The notes below the pieces were generated by a model that was given only the letters and a program-made list of their open reading frames with translations, was not told the origin of the DNA and searched no databases. A DNA stretch of 64,000 nt from an uncultured virus (IMG/VR IMGVR_UViG_3300020183_000051) (Duplodnaviria; Heunggongvirae; Uroviricota; Caudoviricetes), in the IMG/VR virus record IMGVR_UViG_3300020183_000051, one strand, 5' to 3'. Each line of letters begins with the position of its first letter. The first letter of the stretch is position 1. A program made the position numbers and the translations under genes. Below are positions 10,315 through 20,639 of the stretch, one piece after another.

Positions 10315-10333
10315 GAGTTTAATCAACTACGAA

Positions 10334-11995
10334 TTAGACGTGGTTCAAGTCAGCAACCTGAATACGACCATAAAATTCCGGACGAACGACTTTCTTCGCA
10401 TATCTTGTCATTACCCCACGGCGTGGCGTGAAGTTGACTGGATCATACACGAGTGGTGTCTGAACGAGAGGAATATATGGCGAATAGACTGCGCCAGTTT
10501 CGAGGAAGTTACTTCCACGGAATCCAACCAAGATTTGGTTTTCAACCATGTATGGGTTCTTGTAAACCTGGAAGCGACTTGCGAAGCTACCAACTTTGCT
10601 TACACCCATTGCGAACTTAGCACTATCACCATCGGTTGAAGCAACGAATCCAGGAATTGATTCGAGGACGGTTGCGACATCTGGAGAACAAACCAAGAAG
10701 TTAGCTCCACCACGGAGAGTCAACTGATGAATCTTGTTAGAGACACGTTGAATCTTGCTTCCGAGGGTCTGGAACCAAGAACTCTTGACATAGGCGGTTC
10801 TGTTTGGAGAACTGTCGTCAAGGCGAGTAAATGAAGCATTACCATCGCTATCGAGAGTTTTGGTAAACTCTACGCCAATTTTAGCACTCCAAGCTTCGGT
10901 GGTTGTTCCAGGAGCAGAAACCAACAGCATGTCGAGGATTTCGAGATCGATTTCCATAGAAACATACTCACTCAAGAGAGCAGTCAATTCTGCCTCAGCA
11001 TCAATGCTGTGGTAGGCATTCAAGTCCTGAGCAAGCTCTGGAGTCCAGACTGCTTTTAACTTGCGGGTCTTAGCCACGATCGGTTCGCTCTTGAGTTCAA
11101 GGTTGACCTCAGGAATACCAACAGCTGTGGTGCTATCACCGGTGCTGTTTTTATCTTCAAAGTCACCACGAGTAGAATCTGTTGGCTGTTTGCTTCCAGA
11201 AATAGTTACGCTGTAAGCTCCAGCTGCGTGATCAATTACGCTGCTTAATCCCACTCCAGTAACTACATAATATGGAGATGTTGCAGAGCCAGTATTGTAA
11301 ACTTTTGTGAACTGATCCAAAACTCCACAATCTACAGAAGCAGAGAAGAAGTTGAAACTTCTAATCGCGTTCAAATCTAAATTATCAGAGTTTGAAGCTA
11401 AGTTAATTGTGAATTTTTGATAAGTTCCGGCAGCAGCACTTGCGCTGAAGTCTGCATCAAAATTACAAGCTTCCCAGACAGTCAAACCTGATGTGGAGCC
11501 TGTATTTAATGTAGCTGCTACAGAAACAGGATTAATGGTGTATCCAAAACGACCGGCACCATACAAACCATTAACGGCACTGTCAGTAGAACCAAGTTTC
11601 TTTAAAGTTCCGCCGAATAGACTATCTCCACTCGTGACTCCTGATTTAGTATTACCATATTTGAAATCCAAGTAAAAGATAAGTCCACTTGGAAGATTCA
11701 TTGGTTGAACGCTTACGAATTCCTTCGCAGCGATTTCAGCGAACACACGGCGAACGAGCGGAAGAGCTACGCCTGCCCACTGTTCACTGTTTGCGCTAGT
11801 TCCGGTTGAGGTAGCCTCTTTGATCAACTGCTGTGCTTGGTTCTCAAGCAATACAGACATTTGAGCCTTTTCGGTACCAGCCAACCCCTCGAGCAAGCCG
11901 GTTTTTTCCCACTTGCCTTGTAATCCACGAGTCTCCTCCAAGAGGCGGCTCATAGGATTCGTATTGTTAGTTAACAATTCTTTAATATCACTCAT
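10334..11995 (-). CDS. gp23: Major capsid protein
   Basis: PLVRR, VQPMNLPSGLIFYL, AKTRKLKAVWTPELAQDLNAYH, YSPYIPL, FTPRRGVMTRY. Confidence 0.97.
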   Translation of the reverse strand: MSDIKELLTNNTNPMSRLLEETRGLQGKWEKTGLLEGLAGTEKAQMSVLLENQAQQLIKEATSTGTSANSEQWAGVALPLVRRVFAEIAAKEFVSVQPMNLPSGLIFYLDFKYGNTKSGVTSGDSLFGGTLKKLGSTDSAVNGLYGAGRFGYTINPVSVAATLNTGSTSGLTVWEACNFDADFSASAAAGTYQKFTINLASNSDNLDLNAIRSFNFFSASVDCGVLDQFTKVYNTGSATSPYYVVTGVGLSSVIDHAAGAYSVTISGSKQPTDSTRGDFEDKNSTGDSTTAVGIPEVNLELKSEPIVAKTRKLKAVWTPELAQDLNAYHSIDAEAELTALLSEYVSMEIDLEILDMLLVSAPGTTTEAWSAKIGVEFTKTLDSDGNASFTRLDDSSPNRTAYVKSSWFQTLGSKIQRVSNKIHQLTLRGGANFLVCSPDVATVLESIPGFVASTDGDSAKFAMGVSKVGSFASRFQVYKNPYMVENQILVGFRGSNFLETGAVYSPYIPLVQTPLVYDPVNFTPRRGVMTRYAKKVVRPEFYGRIQVADLNHV

Positions 11996-12034
11996 ATTTT
12001 TGTTTTTGTTTTACTGTTTTTTACGCAAATTTTT

Positions 12035-13132
12035 TTATTTCTTAATTCCAGCGAGTTTTTGGAATCTCGAAACCTGTCCGTTAACCGACTCCGAAATGAC
12101 AGATTTCTCTGCCTGAACGGGCTTGGTTGTTCCAGTTGTATTTGATGCGAAGCCTTCAGCAATCGGAGACTTCTTAGGAGCAGTCTTCACTTTGCTAAGA
12201 TTCAATGCTTCAGACAAATTATTGTAGGTCAATTTGACTTCACGGACGGACTTGGTCAAATCAAACGCTTCAATAATCTTCATTTTTTGGTTGTTGTCTA
12301 ATGCATGTGCTTTAAATAATTTATTGGTATAAAGCAATTTCGCATTCAACAAATTCACTTCATTTAACTGAGTTTTTAAAAACTCTACGGTTTTCAAAGC
12401 CTCATTTAATTCAGATTTAACGGCTTCTGAGGTTTTAGTATCATCGTCTTCATCGTGTTCTGTGTCTCCCTCTTTATTTAGTTCAGCGAGAAGTTCATCT
12501 AAATCAACCTCAGTCATACTGTCGTTTTCCTCAGTCATGCCGTCGTCTTCCTCAGTCATACTGTCGACGTCCATCTCATTTATTTCAGCGAGAAGTTCCT
12601 CTAAATCAACCTCATCCGAATCGTCGCTTTCAGAAACAGTCTTGGAATCAATAGCAGGAGCGGCAGCAGGATCGGCAGCAGGATCGGCAGCAGGAGCGGC
12701 AACAGCAGGAGCGACAACAGCAGGAGCGGCAGCAGGAGCGGCAGCAGCAGGATCGGCAACAGCAGGAGCGGCAGCAGCAGGAGCGGCAGCAGCAGGAGCG
12801 GCAGCAGCAGGAGCGGCAGCAGGATCGGCAGCAACAGGAGCGGCAGTAGGATCTGCAGCAACGGTAGCAGCAGGGGCGGCATTTTCATCTGCTTTCTCCA
12901 CATCAAGCTCTTTTAACATTTCATCAACTTCTTCCGAAGTGATATTTTCAGTCGTATCATCAGAGGATTCTTCCAATTCGTTCTCATCAAGTTCTTCACG
13001 AAGTTTTTGCCCTAACATGGATTGTAATCTTGGAGTAAAGGCTTCTTCCAATGCGAGTTTTGCATTTGCAATGGCAGTTGCACGGACGGCCTTGGCGTCA
13101 GCAATTGCCTCTTTTAAGAGTTCACTTGTCAT
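12035..13132 (-). CDS. Prohead core scaffolding protein (gp22-like role) with Ala/Pro-rich insert
   Basis: Acidic and coiled-coil, directly upstream of the capsid gene; LNEVNLLNAKLLY...RFQKLAGI; many L-x-E sites. Confidence 0.75.
   Translation of the reverse strand: MTSELLKEAIADAKAVRATAIANAKLALEEAFTPRLQSMLGQKLREELDENELEESSDDTTENITSEEVDEMLKELDVEKADENAAPAATVAADPTAAPVAADPAAAPAAAAPAAAAPAAAAPAVADPAAAAPAAAPAVVAPAVAAPAADPAADPAAAPAIDSKTVSESDDSDEVDLEELLAEINEMDVDSMTEEDDGMTEENDSMTEVDLDELLAELNKEGDTEHDEDDDTKTSEAVKSELNEALKTVEFLKTQLNEVNLLNAKLLYTNKLFKAHALDNNQKMKIIEAFDLTKSVREVKLTYNNLSEALNLSKVKTAPKKSPIAEGFASNTTGTTKPVQAEKSVISESVNGQVSRFQKLAGIKK
12653..12881 (-). repeat. GC-rich imperfect repeat encoding (A)nPAA / ADPA
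   Basis: gcaggagcggcagca units. Confidence 0.9.
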
Positions 13133-13382
13133 AATTTTAATTTATGTTTTTAATTTTTATGAAGTTATTGTTGAACTTCAATTGAAGTTAAATTTCATTC
13201 AACAATATATGAAGATATTGTATTTAAACAGGAACTACTGTAGACAATTTCTACTTAGTTTATTTAGGATGGTTCCACACCCATTGACTATAAATATAAA
13301 TAAAATAAATAAAAAACAAAAAAAATTAAATTATTTTATTAACGTAACAATATGTATACTATATGTAGATATAGGAGATATT

Positions 13383-15161
13383 ATGATTGATAATGAATTA
13401 ACCATTAAAAAATTTGGAGAAATACCTTCTAAGTTTTCGATAAAACACATCGTCGTTAAGTGTGATTTATGCGGGTGTATTTTTGAAAAAAAATCTTTAA
13501 ACATATATTCTGCCAGAAAAAATTCAAAATCTGATATTGATGTGTGTGAAAACATTTCATGCATCAAGTTAAAAAGAGAAGACACAATGCTTAAAAAGTA
13601 TGGAGTTAAAAACGCTGGAATGTCGTCAGAGTTAAGAGAAAAAGCACAATTAACTTGTTTGTCTAAATACGGCGTTAAAGATGCAATGCAATCAAACGAT
13701 GTTAAAAATAAATCTAAAGATGCGATTGTTAAAAAATATGGAGTTGATAATATCTTTAAAACTGAAAACTTTAAACGTGATTTGAAATTAAAGAATATTA
13801 AAAAATACGGAGTAGAATTTTATTCGCAAACTCAAGAATATAAAGAAAAGTGTAAACAAACATGTATTAAAAAATATGGGGTAGAACATCCGATGAAGGA
13901 TAAAATATTTTTAGATAAATCAAAAAATACAAATTTAAAAAAATATGGAACCGAATATTATTTATCTTCAAACGATAAGAAAGAAAAAACCAAAAATTTT
14001 TATAAAAAAAACTTTAATGTAAATTGTTATTCTCAAACAGAAGAGGCCAGAAAAAAAAGCAAGAAAAGATCTTTGTTGAAATTATATAACTCACTGATTA
14101 ATGGAGAAAGACTCAAAAAATTATATAAACCTTTATTTTCAATTGAAGATTATGAAGGAGTCGGCCATAAATATAAATTTCAGTGCATGAAATGCAATCA
14201 AGAATTTCTGGACACATTAGATGACGGCAATTTTCCACAATGTTTAAAATGTAATCCTTCTAAGAAAGAAAAATCCTTGATGGAATCTGAACTAAAGAAT
14301 TTTTTAATAGATGATTTAGGATTAAAAAATTTAATTTTTAATGATAAAGTTGTGTGTGATGGACTAGAATTAGACATTTATTTTCCAGATAAGGGAGTCG
14401 CTATAGAAATGAACGGAAATTATTTTCACAGTGAACTTGGTGGCTTAAAGAATAAACAATATCACATAAATAAAACCGAATTATGTGAATCCAAGAATAT
14501 AAGACTAATTCATATATTTGAAGATGAATGGCGTTTAAAACAGAATATTATAATAAATCGTATAAAAAGTATACTAAAAATAGGAAAAGTTGAAAAAATA
14601 TATGCAAGAAATTGTATTGTAAAAACAATATCAACGAAAGAATATCGTGAATTTATAGAAAATAATCATTTGCAAGGATTTACGCCGGCAAAAATAAAAT
14701 TAGGATTATTTTTTAAAGATAAATTAATATCCACAATGTCATTCGGACAACTTAGGCGTGTCACAGGAAATATTAACGTCAATAATAACGAATACGAATT
14801 AATAAGATATTGTTCGGAAAATGTTGTTATAGGCGGAGCCGAAAAATTACTAAACAATTTTATTAAAAATTACAATCCCAAAAAAATTATAAGCTACGCA
14901 GACAGAAGATGGTCGTTTAATTTAAATAATCTTTACAAAAAACTGGGATTCATTTTTTGTAAAAAAACTAGCCCAAATTATTTTTACGTCAATAAGAAAA
15001 ATTATCTACAAAGGTTCCACAGATTTACATTTAGAAAATCGGAATTGAAAAACAGATTAAATAATTTCGATTCATCACTGACAGAATGGGAAAATATGCA
15101 ATTAAATGGATATGATAGAATTTGGGATTGCGGAAATCTTAAATACGAACTTAACCTTTAA
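13383..15161 (+). mobile_element. Hef-like homing endonuclease: KKYG repeats, Zn ribbons, PD-(D/E)xK-type nuclease and a C-terminal GNAT/Mom-like domain
   Basis: Real start ATG 13383 follows GGAG. KKYGV repeats; ELDIYFPDKGVAIEMNGNYFH; IHIFEDEW; YARNC...NHLQG...ELIRYC...SYADRRWS...IWDCG. Antisense to the head operon. Confidence 0.7.
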
Positions 15162-15564
15162 TTTCAAAATATCTCTCTAAGATATGTCCCATATCTTCGT
15201 ATAGAGCTTCCATTTGATGTTGTTTGGATTGAGTTTCTTTTGCTAATTTTCCAAACTGTTCACAATATTTTTTCATTTCTTGAAAGTTTCTTTTAACTAT
15301 ATTCTCCTCAAACCAATCACCACATTCATTTAAAGCATAGTTTTCTGCTAAATCGGAGATTTCTTGTAAATTCTGAGCAATCTCCGTTATTTTTTTCTCA
15401 CGATAAAGTATTTTTCCATATTCATTATATCGGGATACCATCTCCGATAATTTTCTTTTTTGTTCGATGGTCAATTTGGAAGAAGTTTCCGAAACACCAC
15501 TTTGATTTTCTTGTGGTTGTGGAGCTTGAGTGTTTTCAGGCAATAAATTTTTTAACTGTATCAT
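15151..15564 (-). CDS. Hypothetical coiled-coil protein, putative head protein
   Basis: MIQLKNLLPEN N-terminus; ALYEDMGHILERYFEI C-terminus; TATTTATA upstream. Confidence 0.7.
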   Translation of the reverse strand: MIQLKNLLPENTQAPQPQENQSGVSETSSKLTIEQKRKLSEMVSRYNEYGKILYREKKITEIAQNLQEISDLAENYALNECGDWFEENIVKRNFQEMKKYCEQFGKLAKETQSKQHQMEALYEDMGHILERYFEIKG

Positions 15565-15576
15565 GATTATAAATAG

Positions 15577-15894
15577 TTAAAATTTTTGAAAAATATCATG
15601 TATTATTTCTGTTAAATCCGAGAATTTTTTTATTTGTTCTATTTTAACTGGTTCTCCATCAATATCATTATTATTTTTTATATACTCAAGATACCAACCG
15701 TCTTTCTTTTTAAATACTATCATCTTCATCATTTTTTTTATGCCTTCAAAGTCGTCTTTATGATCCAATGACATTTTAAAAGAACCATCTAATTTAAATC
15801 CCAAATCATCAAGGATCTGCCAACAGTGATAATTCCAATCGTCAGGAGGAATCATATCAGAGTCTTTAATATCCTTTAGATTTAAAATATTCAC
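15577..15894 (-). CDS. Hypothetical protein
   Basis: 105-aa ORF with a GTG start overlapping the upstream stop. Confidence 0.6.
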   Translation of the reverse strand: MNILNLKDIKDSDMIPPDDWNYHCWQILDDLGFKLDGSFKMSLDHKDDFEGIKKMMKMIVFKKKDGWYLEYIKNNNDIDGEPVKIEQIKKFSDLTEIIHDIFQKF

Positions 15895-16505
15895 GTTATA
15901 TTATATTCTTTAATTATATAATTTATAAAATTATAAAGAACCGAGCAATTCTCTGAATCTTCATAATTTTTACTTATCTTAATAATTATTTTATCTTTTT
16001 TATTTTTTGAATCAGATTTTGACGAATCGGTATCACTTATATTCACCGGAGATCTATTTGGGCAACAAATCGCTATATATACCTTTTTTGGAGTGGCTTT
16101 TTTAATTACAATCAATTGTTTATTATTACCTGTAGTTGTTTCTGTAGAATTGTAACTAATTTTATTAGGAGTTTTTTCGTCGGGTTTATTAGAAATAGTA
16201 TCAACCGCCGACAACTCGTCGTCAGTAAAATTTACACCTTGATTTTCAGGACGAGAAACGAATTCGTCAAAATTGTCAACCGCTTCCACATTTTTCACCA
16301 CAGGATTATCTATTTCACAAATAATCTCTGATACTTGTTTTTTTATATATTCTTTTAGTTTGGTAAAATCATTTACGCTTTTTTTACTCATAGTGTTAGC
16401 TACGTTTTTAACATTTTTTGACACTTTAGAAGGCGATACATTTCCTGACTGAACGCCTTTTACCAACCTAAAAAATCTAGCTTGTTTTTCACTTTTTGCG
16501 GGCAT
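15891..16505 (-). CDS. Hypothetical protein with DUF3008-like N-terminus
   Basis: MPAKSEKQARFF...VANTMSKKSVNDF. Confidence 0.6.
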   Translation of the reverse strand: MPAKSEKQARFFRLVKGVQSGNVSPSKVSKNVKNVANTMSKKSVNDFTKLKEYIKKQVSEIICEIDNPVVKNVEAVDNFDEFVSRPENQGVNFTDDELSAVDTISNKPDEKTPNKISYNSTETTTGNNKQLIVIKKATPKKVYIAICCPNRSPVNISDTDSSKSDSKNKKDKIIIKISKNYEDSENCSVLYNFINYIIKEYNIT

Positions 16506-16538
16506 ATATTTTAATATTTATACGACTATAAATAGTAT

Positions 16539-18206
16539 TTATTTATAAAATAATTCGTATTTTATATTGCCACAGTCCCAAATTCTATCATATCCGTTAT
16601 TTTTCATGTTCTCCCACTCAGTTAAATTATTATCAAAATTAGACAACTTATTCTTTAATGTGTGTTTTGCAAAATTAAATCTGTGATGTCTTTTATAATT
16701 TTTGTTTTTACCAAAATACCAATAATTCGGCGGTGTAGATTTCACAAATTTAAATCCGACCGTTTCATATGATTTTCCATCGTTCCACCTTCGATCGACA
16801 TAACTAATAATTTTATTTGGATTGTATGTTTTTATAAAAAAATTCAATAATTTACTGAATCCACCCACGACGCTGATGTTTTTATTACAAAACCTATATA
16901 ATTCGTATTCAGAATTATTATTTTTATTTCCAAGGCACGTTCTCATATTTCCGAACGTCATCGTGGATACTAACTCCTCTCCAAGAAACAACCCCAATTT
17001 TATACTACTAGAATCTTTTCCTTGAATGTGATATTTTTCTAAAAAGTCACAACATTTTTTAGAGTCTATAATTCTAACATTACAATTTCTCGCATAAATT
17101 TTATTTGTTTCACAACCCAACATATATTTTAGTCTATTCTTAACGATCTCTTTATTAAACAACCACTCGTCTTCAAATATATGAATTAATCTTATACCTT
17201 TATCCAAACATTCTTTTGTTTTATTTAAATGATAGTTTTTATCTTTTAGACCATTGATTTCTCCATGCCAAAATAATCCATCACATTCTATTGCGATTTT
17301 CTTTGAAGGAACATACACATCAATCTCATAACCATTTAATATTTTTTTATTATTCTCTTCGACCACTTCGTTGATCAATGTCGCCCTAACAAAATCTACA
17401 ATTTCTTTCTCAAACAACGATGAATTTTTATAACAAACATTACATCGAGGGATGTCTCCGTCTTCCAAACAATCCACAAATTCAACATTACATTTACAAC
17501 ATTTAAATTTGTAGTCAGAATAATAACCCCCATTTACGTATTCCTCTTTTGTAAATAAAGGTAAAACCTTGCCTCTTAATCTATCTGACACAAACAAGTA
17601 ATCGTAAAAACCGCCACGACGAGTGGCAGAAATTTTATCGTTCACATTTTTTAAATTTCTAACATTTTTAACGCCATACTTTTTGTATATACTTTTTTCT
17701 TTTCTTTTTTGATCACTCAATATCCACTTTACTCCATAATTTTCAAAACAAGTTTTTACTTTCTTTTCCGATATTTCTTTTAATTGTGAAACGTTATCTA
17801 CACCATACTTTTGTTTTACTGTTTTATTTATTTTTTCTTTTATTTCTTTGTTGCTTAATCCATACTCCACTCCATATTTTTTAATGTTTGTAGATTTAAT
17901 TTTATTTATTGTTTGTGGATCATGTTGCGCGCATGTTGATGAACACGTTCTTAAATAACCTTTAGAAAAAGAAAAGAACTTTGGAATTCTTTCACATTTA
18001 GGATTACAACATTTTGAAAGAAAAGATTGATTGTGATAAACGTGCCAAATTCTTTGTGCAAAAGTGGGATCTTTTAAGAAAGAAGTTTGACTGACTATTT
18101 CATCATATCGATCGCAGTGACCATTTTTTATAAACCACGACTTCTTACTTCTTTCAGGCAACAATTTACCATTTACAATTACCTTTTCTCGAATCCAGTC
18201 GATCAT
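16539..18206 (-). mobile_element. Second Hef-like homing endonuclease with GNAT/Mom-like C-terminus
   Basis: KKYGV repeats; EIDVYVPSKKIAIECDGLFWH; IHIFEDEW; YARNC; SYVDRRW; TEWENMKNNGYDRIWDCG. Confidence 0.7.
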
Positions 18207-18280
18207 ACTTATACCCTTTGATTTTGAGTATAATTATATAGTAGAACAATAAACTAACCAATTAAATTTACTTTATAAGA

Positions 18281-18895
18281 TTATTTTATTTCGTTAATAA
18301 TATCACGTATTATTTTTTCCACAGTTTCCCATTTGTTAGTAATGGGATTTTGTAAAATTTTTACAGATTCATTCAAAGGAGACTCGGGTAACATAAAAGC
18401 TCCAACAGTCGAAGGATTGCTAACAAAGTCAAAAGCTATTAGTGAGAAGTCATCGTTGACTTCAACAGTACTTTCATTTACTTTTTTTACCGAACCTGAT
18501 CCTCGGCTGGAAATTCCAACGGTAATTCCACACTTTAATAGTTCTTTTAAAATATTTCCACTCGGAGTAGTTAAAATTTCCACTTCACCCATTAAATCGT
18601 TATTGTCCCACCAAGTTTTAGTAATATTATGAGAAACATTTTTAAGATTTACAACTTCACTATCTGGATGATCAAGTTCTCCTACCGCACGTTTTTCTTT
18701 TACAAAAGTTTGATTATACTTTTCAACCTCTCGTTTAAGAACATCTAATGGATAAATTCTACCATTTTGATTTTTTGCATTGGCTCTTTGTAAAATTCCT
18801 GAGACCACCATTTTTCCTGCTACCGACGTAGATTCATTCAGCGTAGTTTTTACTGTTTGAAAAGGAATACAATTTGTTAATAATTGTTTATTCAT
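18281..18895 (-). CDS. gp21: Prohead protease
   Basis: NQNGRIYP, GELDHP, VSHNI, TPSG, GISSRGSGS, DFVSNPST. Likely start MNKQLL at 18895. Confidence 0.92.
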   Translation of the reverse strand: MNKQLLTNCIPFQTVKTTLNESTSVAGKMVVSGILQRANAKNQNGRIYPLDVLKREVEKYNQTFVKEKRAVGELDHPDSEVVNLKNVSHNITKTWWDNNDLMGEVEILTTPSGNILKELLKCGITVGISSRGSGSVKKVNESTVEVNDDFSLIAFDFVSNPSTVGAFMLPESPLNESVKILQNPITNKWETVEKIIRDIINEIK

Positions 18896-18899
18896 AATT

Positions 18900-19712
18900 T
18901 TATCTGGCAACTTGTCCATCAAGAGTATTTGCTGGTTGAGCAGCTGGTTGAGCAGCTGGTTGAGCAGCCGGTTGAGCAGCTGGTTGAGCAGCCGGTTGAG
19001 CAGCTGGTTGAGCAGCCGGTTGAGCTGCATCTCCAATTGAAAATGAATTCGGAAGAGAAAAATCTATAAAAAATCCTGACTCGACGCCGAATTCCTTTCC
19101 AGTATCTGAAATTTGCTTTCCTATAATTTTTATTTGAAAATTTAAAGGATTATTTTTACTTGGCCAGTTTTCAATTTCAATCGGAGTTGCTGCATACGGT
19201 GATAGTCTTACGCGATAATCTTTTACTGATTGATAAGGGTCACCCTTTTTACCTTTAAAATTTATAATTTTTCCAGAAATTTTTTGTTGTAACTGAGTCT
19301 CAAACTCTTTTAATTTAGCTTCTAGCTTAGTTTTTTGTTCTTTATCTAAAGTTTCCGCTGTTTTTTTAAGGGGGTCTATAATTGTCGCAGAAATATCAAC
19401 CGTTTCTTCATCTAACCTACCGCTGTTTCTACGTGCAATTGCGTGACCGATTTTTTTTCTACGATTTAAAAGATATTTATCTTGTTTATTCACTTTTCCA
19501 TCATTATTAATATCGCTATCCTCTTTTCCAACCGGATCCATTTTTTCTTCTACAGTTTTAAATCCCAACTTTTCCATAGCTTTAGTAGCTTTATTTTTTC
19601 CACCTTTACTAAAAGCAAAAGGTGTAGAATAGCCGGCCACGCCTCCCGTAGTGGACATTTCATCCATTATTTCTTTGGTAAGTTCTTTTATGATGTTTTT
19701 TAATTTACTCAT
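18900..19712 (-). CDS. Prohead core / internal head protein with EF-hand-like motif and AQPA repeat
   Basis: EMSTTGGVAGYSTPFAF; DINNDGKVNKQD; C-terminal (AQPA)n; lies between portal and protease. Confidence 0.6.
   Translation of the reverse strand: MSKLKNIIKELTKEIMDEMSTTGGVAGYSTPFAFSKGGKNKATKAMEKLGFKTVEEKMDPVGKEDSDINNDGKVNKQDKYLLNRRKKIGHAIARRNSGRLDEETVDISATIIDPLKKTAETLDKEQKTKLEAKLKEFETQLQQKISGKIINFKGKKGDPYQSVKDYRVRLSPYAATPIEIENWPSKNNPLNFQIKIIGKQISDTGKEFGVESGFFIDFSLPNSFSIGDAAQPAAQPAAQPAAQPAAQPAAQPAAQPAAQPANTLDGQVAR
18930..19029 (-). repeat. 12-bp tandem repeat encoding AQPA
   Basis: About 8 copies of ggttgagcagc[tc]. Confidence 0.9.
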
Positions 19713-20575
19713 GTTATATGATTTTTTATTTCTTTAACTAATTCGTGAGAGAGAAGCAATACCATTACATGATTATCTCGCACGCCTTTATCAGTGTTTA
19801 TTTTAGATAATTGATTTAACACTTCATTTATTTTAATTTTTATGACTTGAGAATCTATCTTTTCAATCAAATAAGAAAGTTCGGATTTAACTTTATTTTT
19901 TTCTTCAAGTATAAAGTGGGTTATAGAGCCTGCGGTTGAAATTCCATTAATATATTCTTTTAATATATTTTTTTGATTATCATCTAATGCACTATATTTT
20001 TTATTTAGATTTTCTATTAAAAACTTATAGGCTAATAATCTAACTTCTTCACTTTCTTTTTTATATCGACTGAGCAATGAATCTTCTTTAGATTCAACTG
20101 AGTTTTTAACGGAGACAAGACTCTCAATCAAACAATTTTTTGCTTGAAATATTTCATCGGCTCTAAAAGAAATATTTCCAACGTGACTTTCAAAAACTTT
20201 ATAAATAGACGCGTATATTTTATAATTTTTTATTCCTGACTTTAAAAATTTATCAATTGGGTAGGTATCTTTTATTTCTTTTATCAGTTCGTATTTTTCT
20301 TGAATTAATTTTTTGTTATTTATTTTTTCTCTTGATTTTAAAACCACAGAAATTGCTCTATCCGCTTTTGTATCATCTAAAAATTGTTCATTTACTAAAA
20401 AATTATAAAGTTGCCATTCCTTTCCTAACTGAGTGTGTTCTTTAAAATATTTGAACAAAATATCCTTTGCTTTAGACTCATCTTTTCCTGCCAAAATATC
20501 CGCAGTAATTTGCCGTGTTAATAATTCAAATAATATACCTGTATTTTTGAATTTAGAATGTTTAGATTTATGCAT
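19709..20575 (-). CDS. Phage protein downstream of portal (putative prohead core)
   Basis: KHSKFKNTGILFELLTRQITAD; predicted helical; synteny. Confidence 0.6.
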   Translation of the reverse strand: MHKSKHSKFKNTGILFELLTRQITADILAGKDESKAKDILFKYFKEHTQLGKEWQLYNFLVNEQFLDDTKADRAISVVLKSREKINNKKLIQEKYELIKEIKDTYPIDKFLKSGIKNYKIYASIYKVFESHVGNISFRADEIFQAKNCLIESLVSVKNSVESKEDSLLSRYKKESEEVRLLAYKFLIENLNKKYSALDDNQKNILKEYINGISTAGSITHFILEEKNKVKSELSYLIEKIDSQVIKIKINEVLNQLSKINTDKGVRDNHVMVLLLSHELVKEIKNHIT

Positions 20576-20639
20576 ATTATCTAACTACTTTAGTTTATAA
20601 ATATATTAGTCTTTTAAAAAAAACACATTTATAGTGTAT

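Noticed and set aside
12462..13382. N-terminal 307 aa of the 899-aa plus-strand ORF
   Set aside because: Antisense shadow of the scaffold gene plus intergenic DNA; the real start is ATG 13383 after GGAG.
18896..19036. LLNQ-repeat N-terminal extension of the protease
   Set aside because: Alternate-frame reading of the AQPA repeat in the upstream gene.
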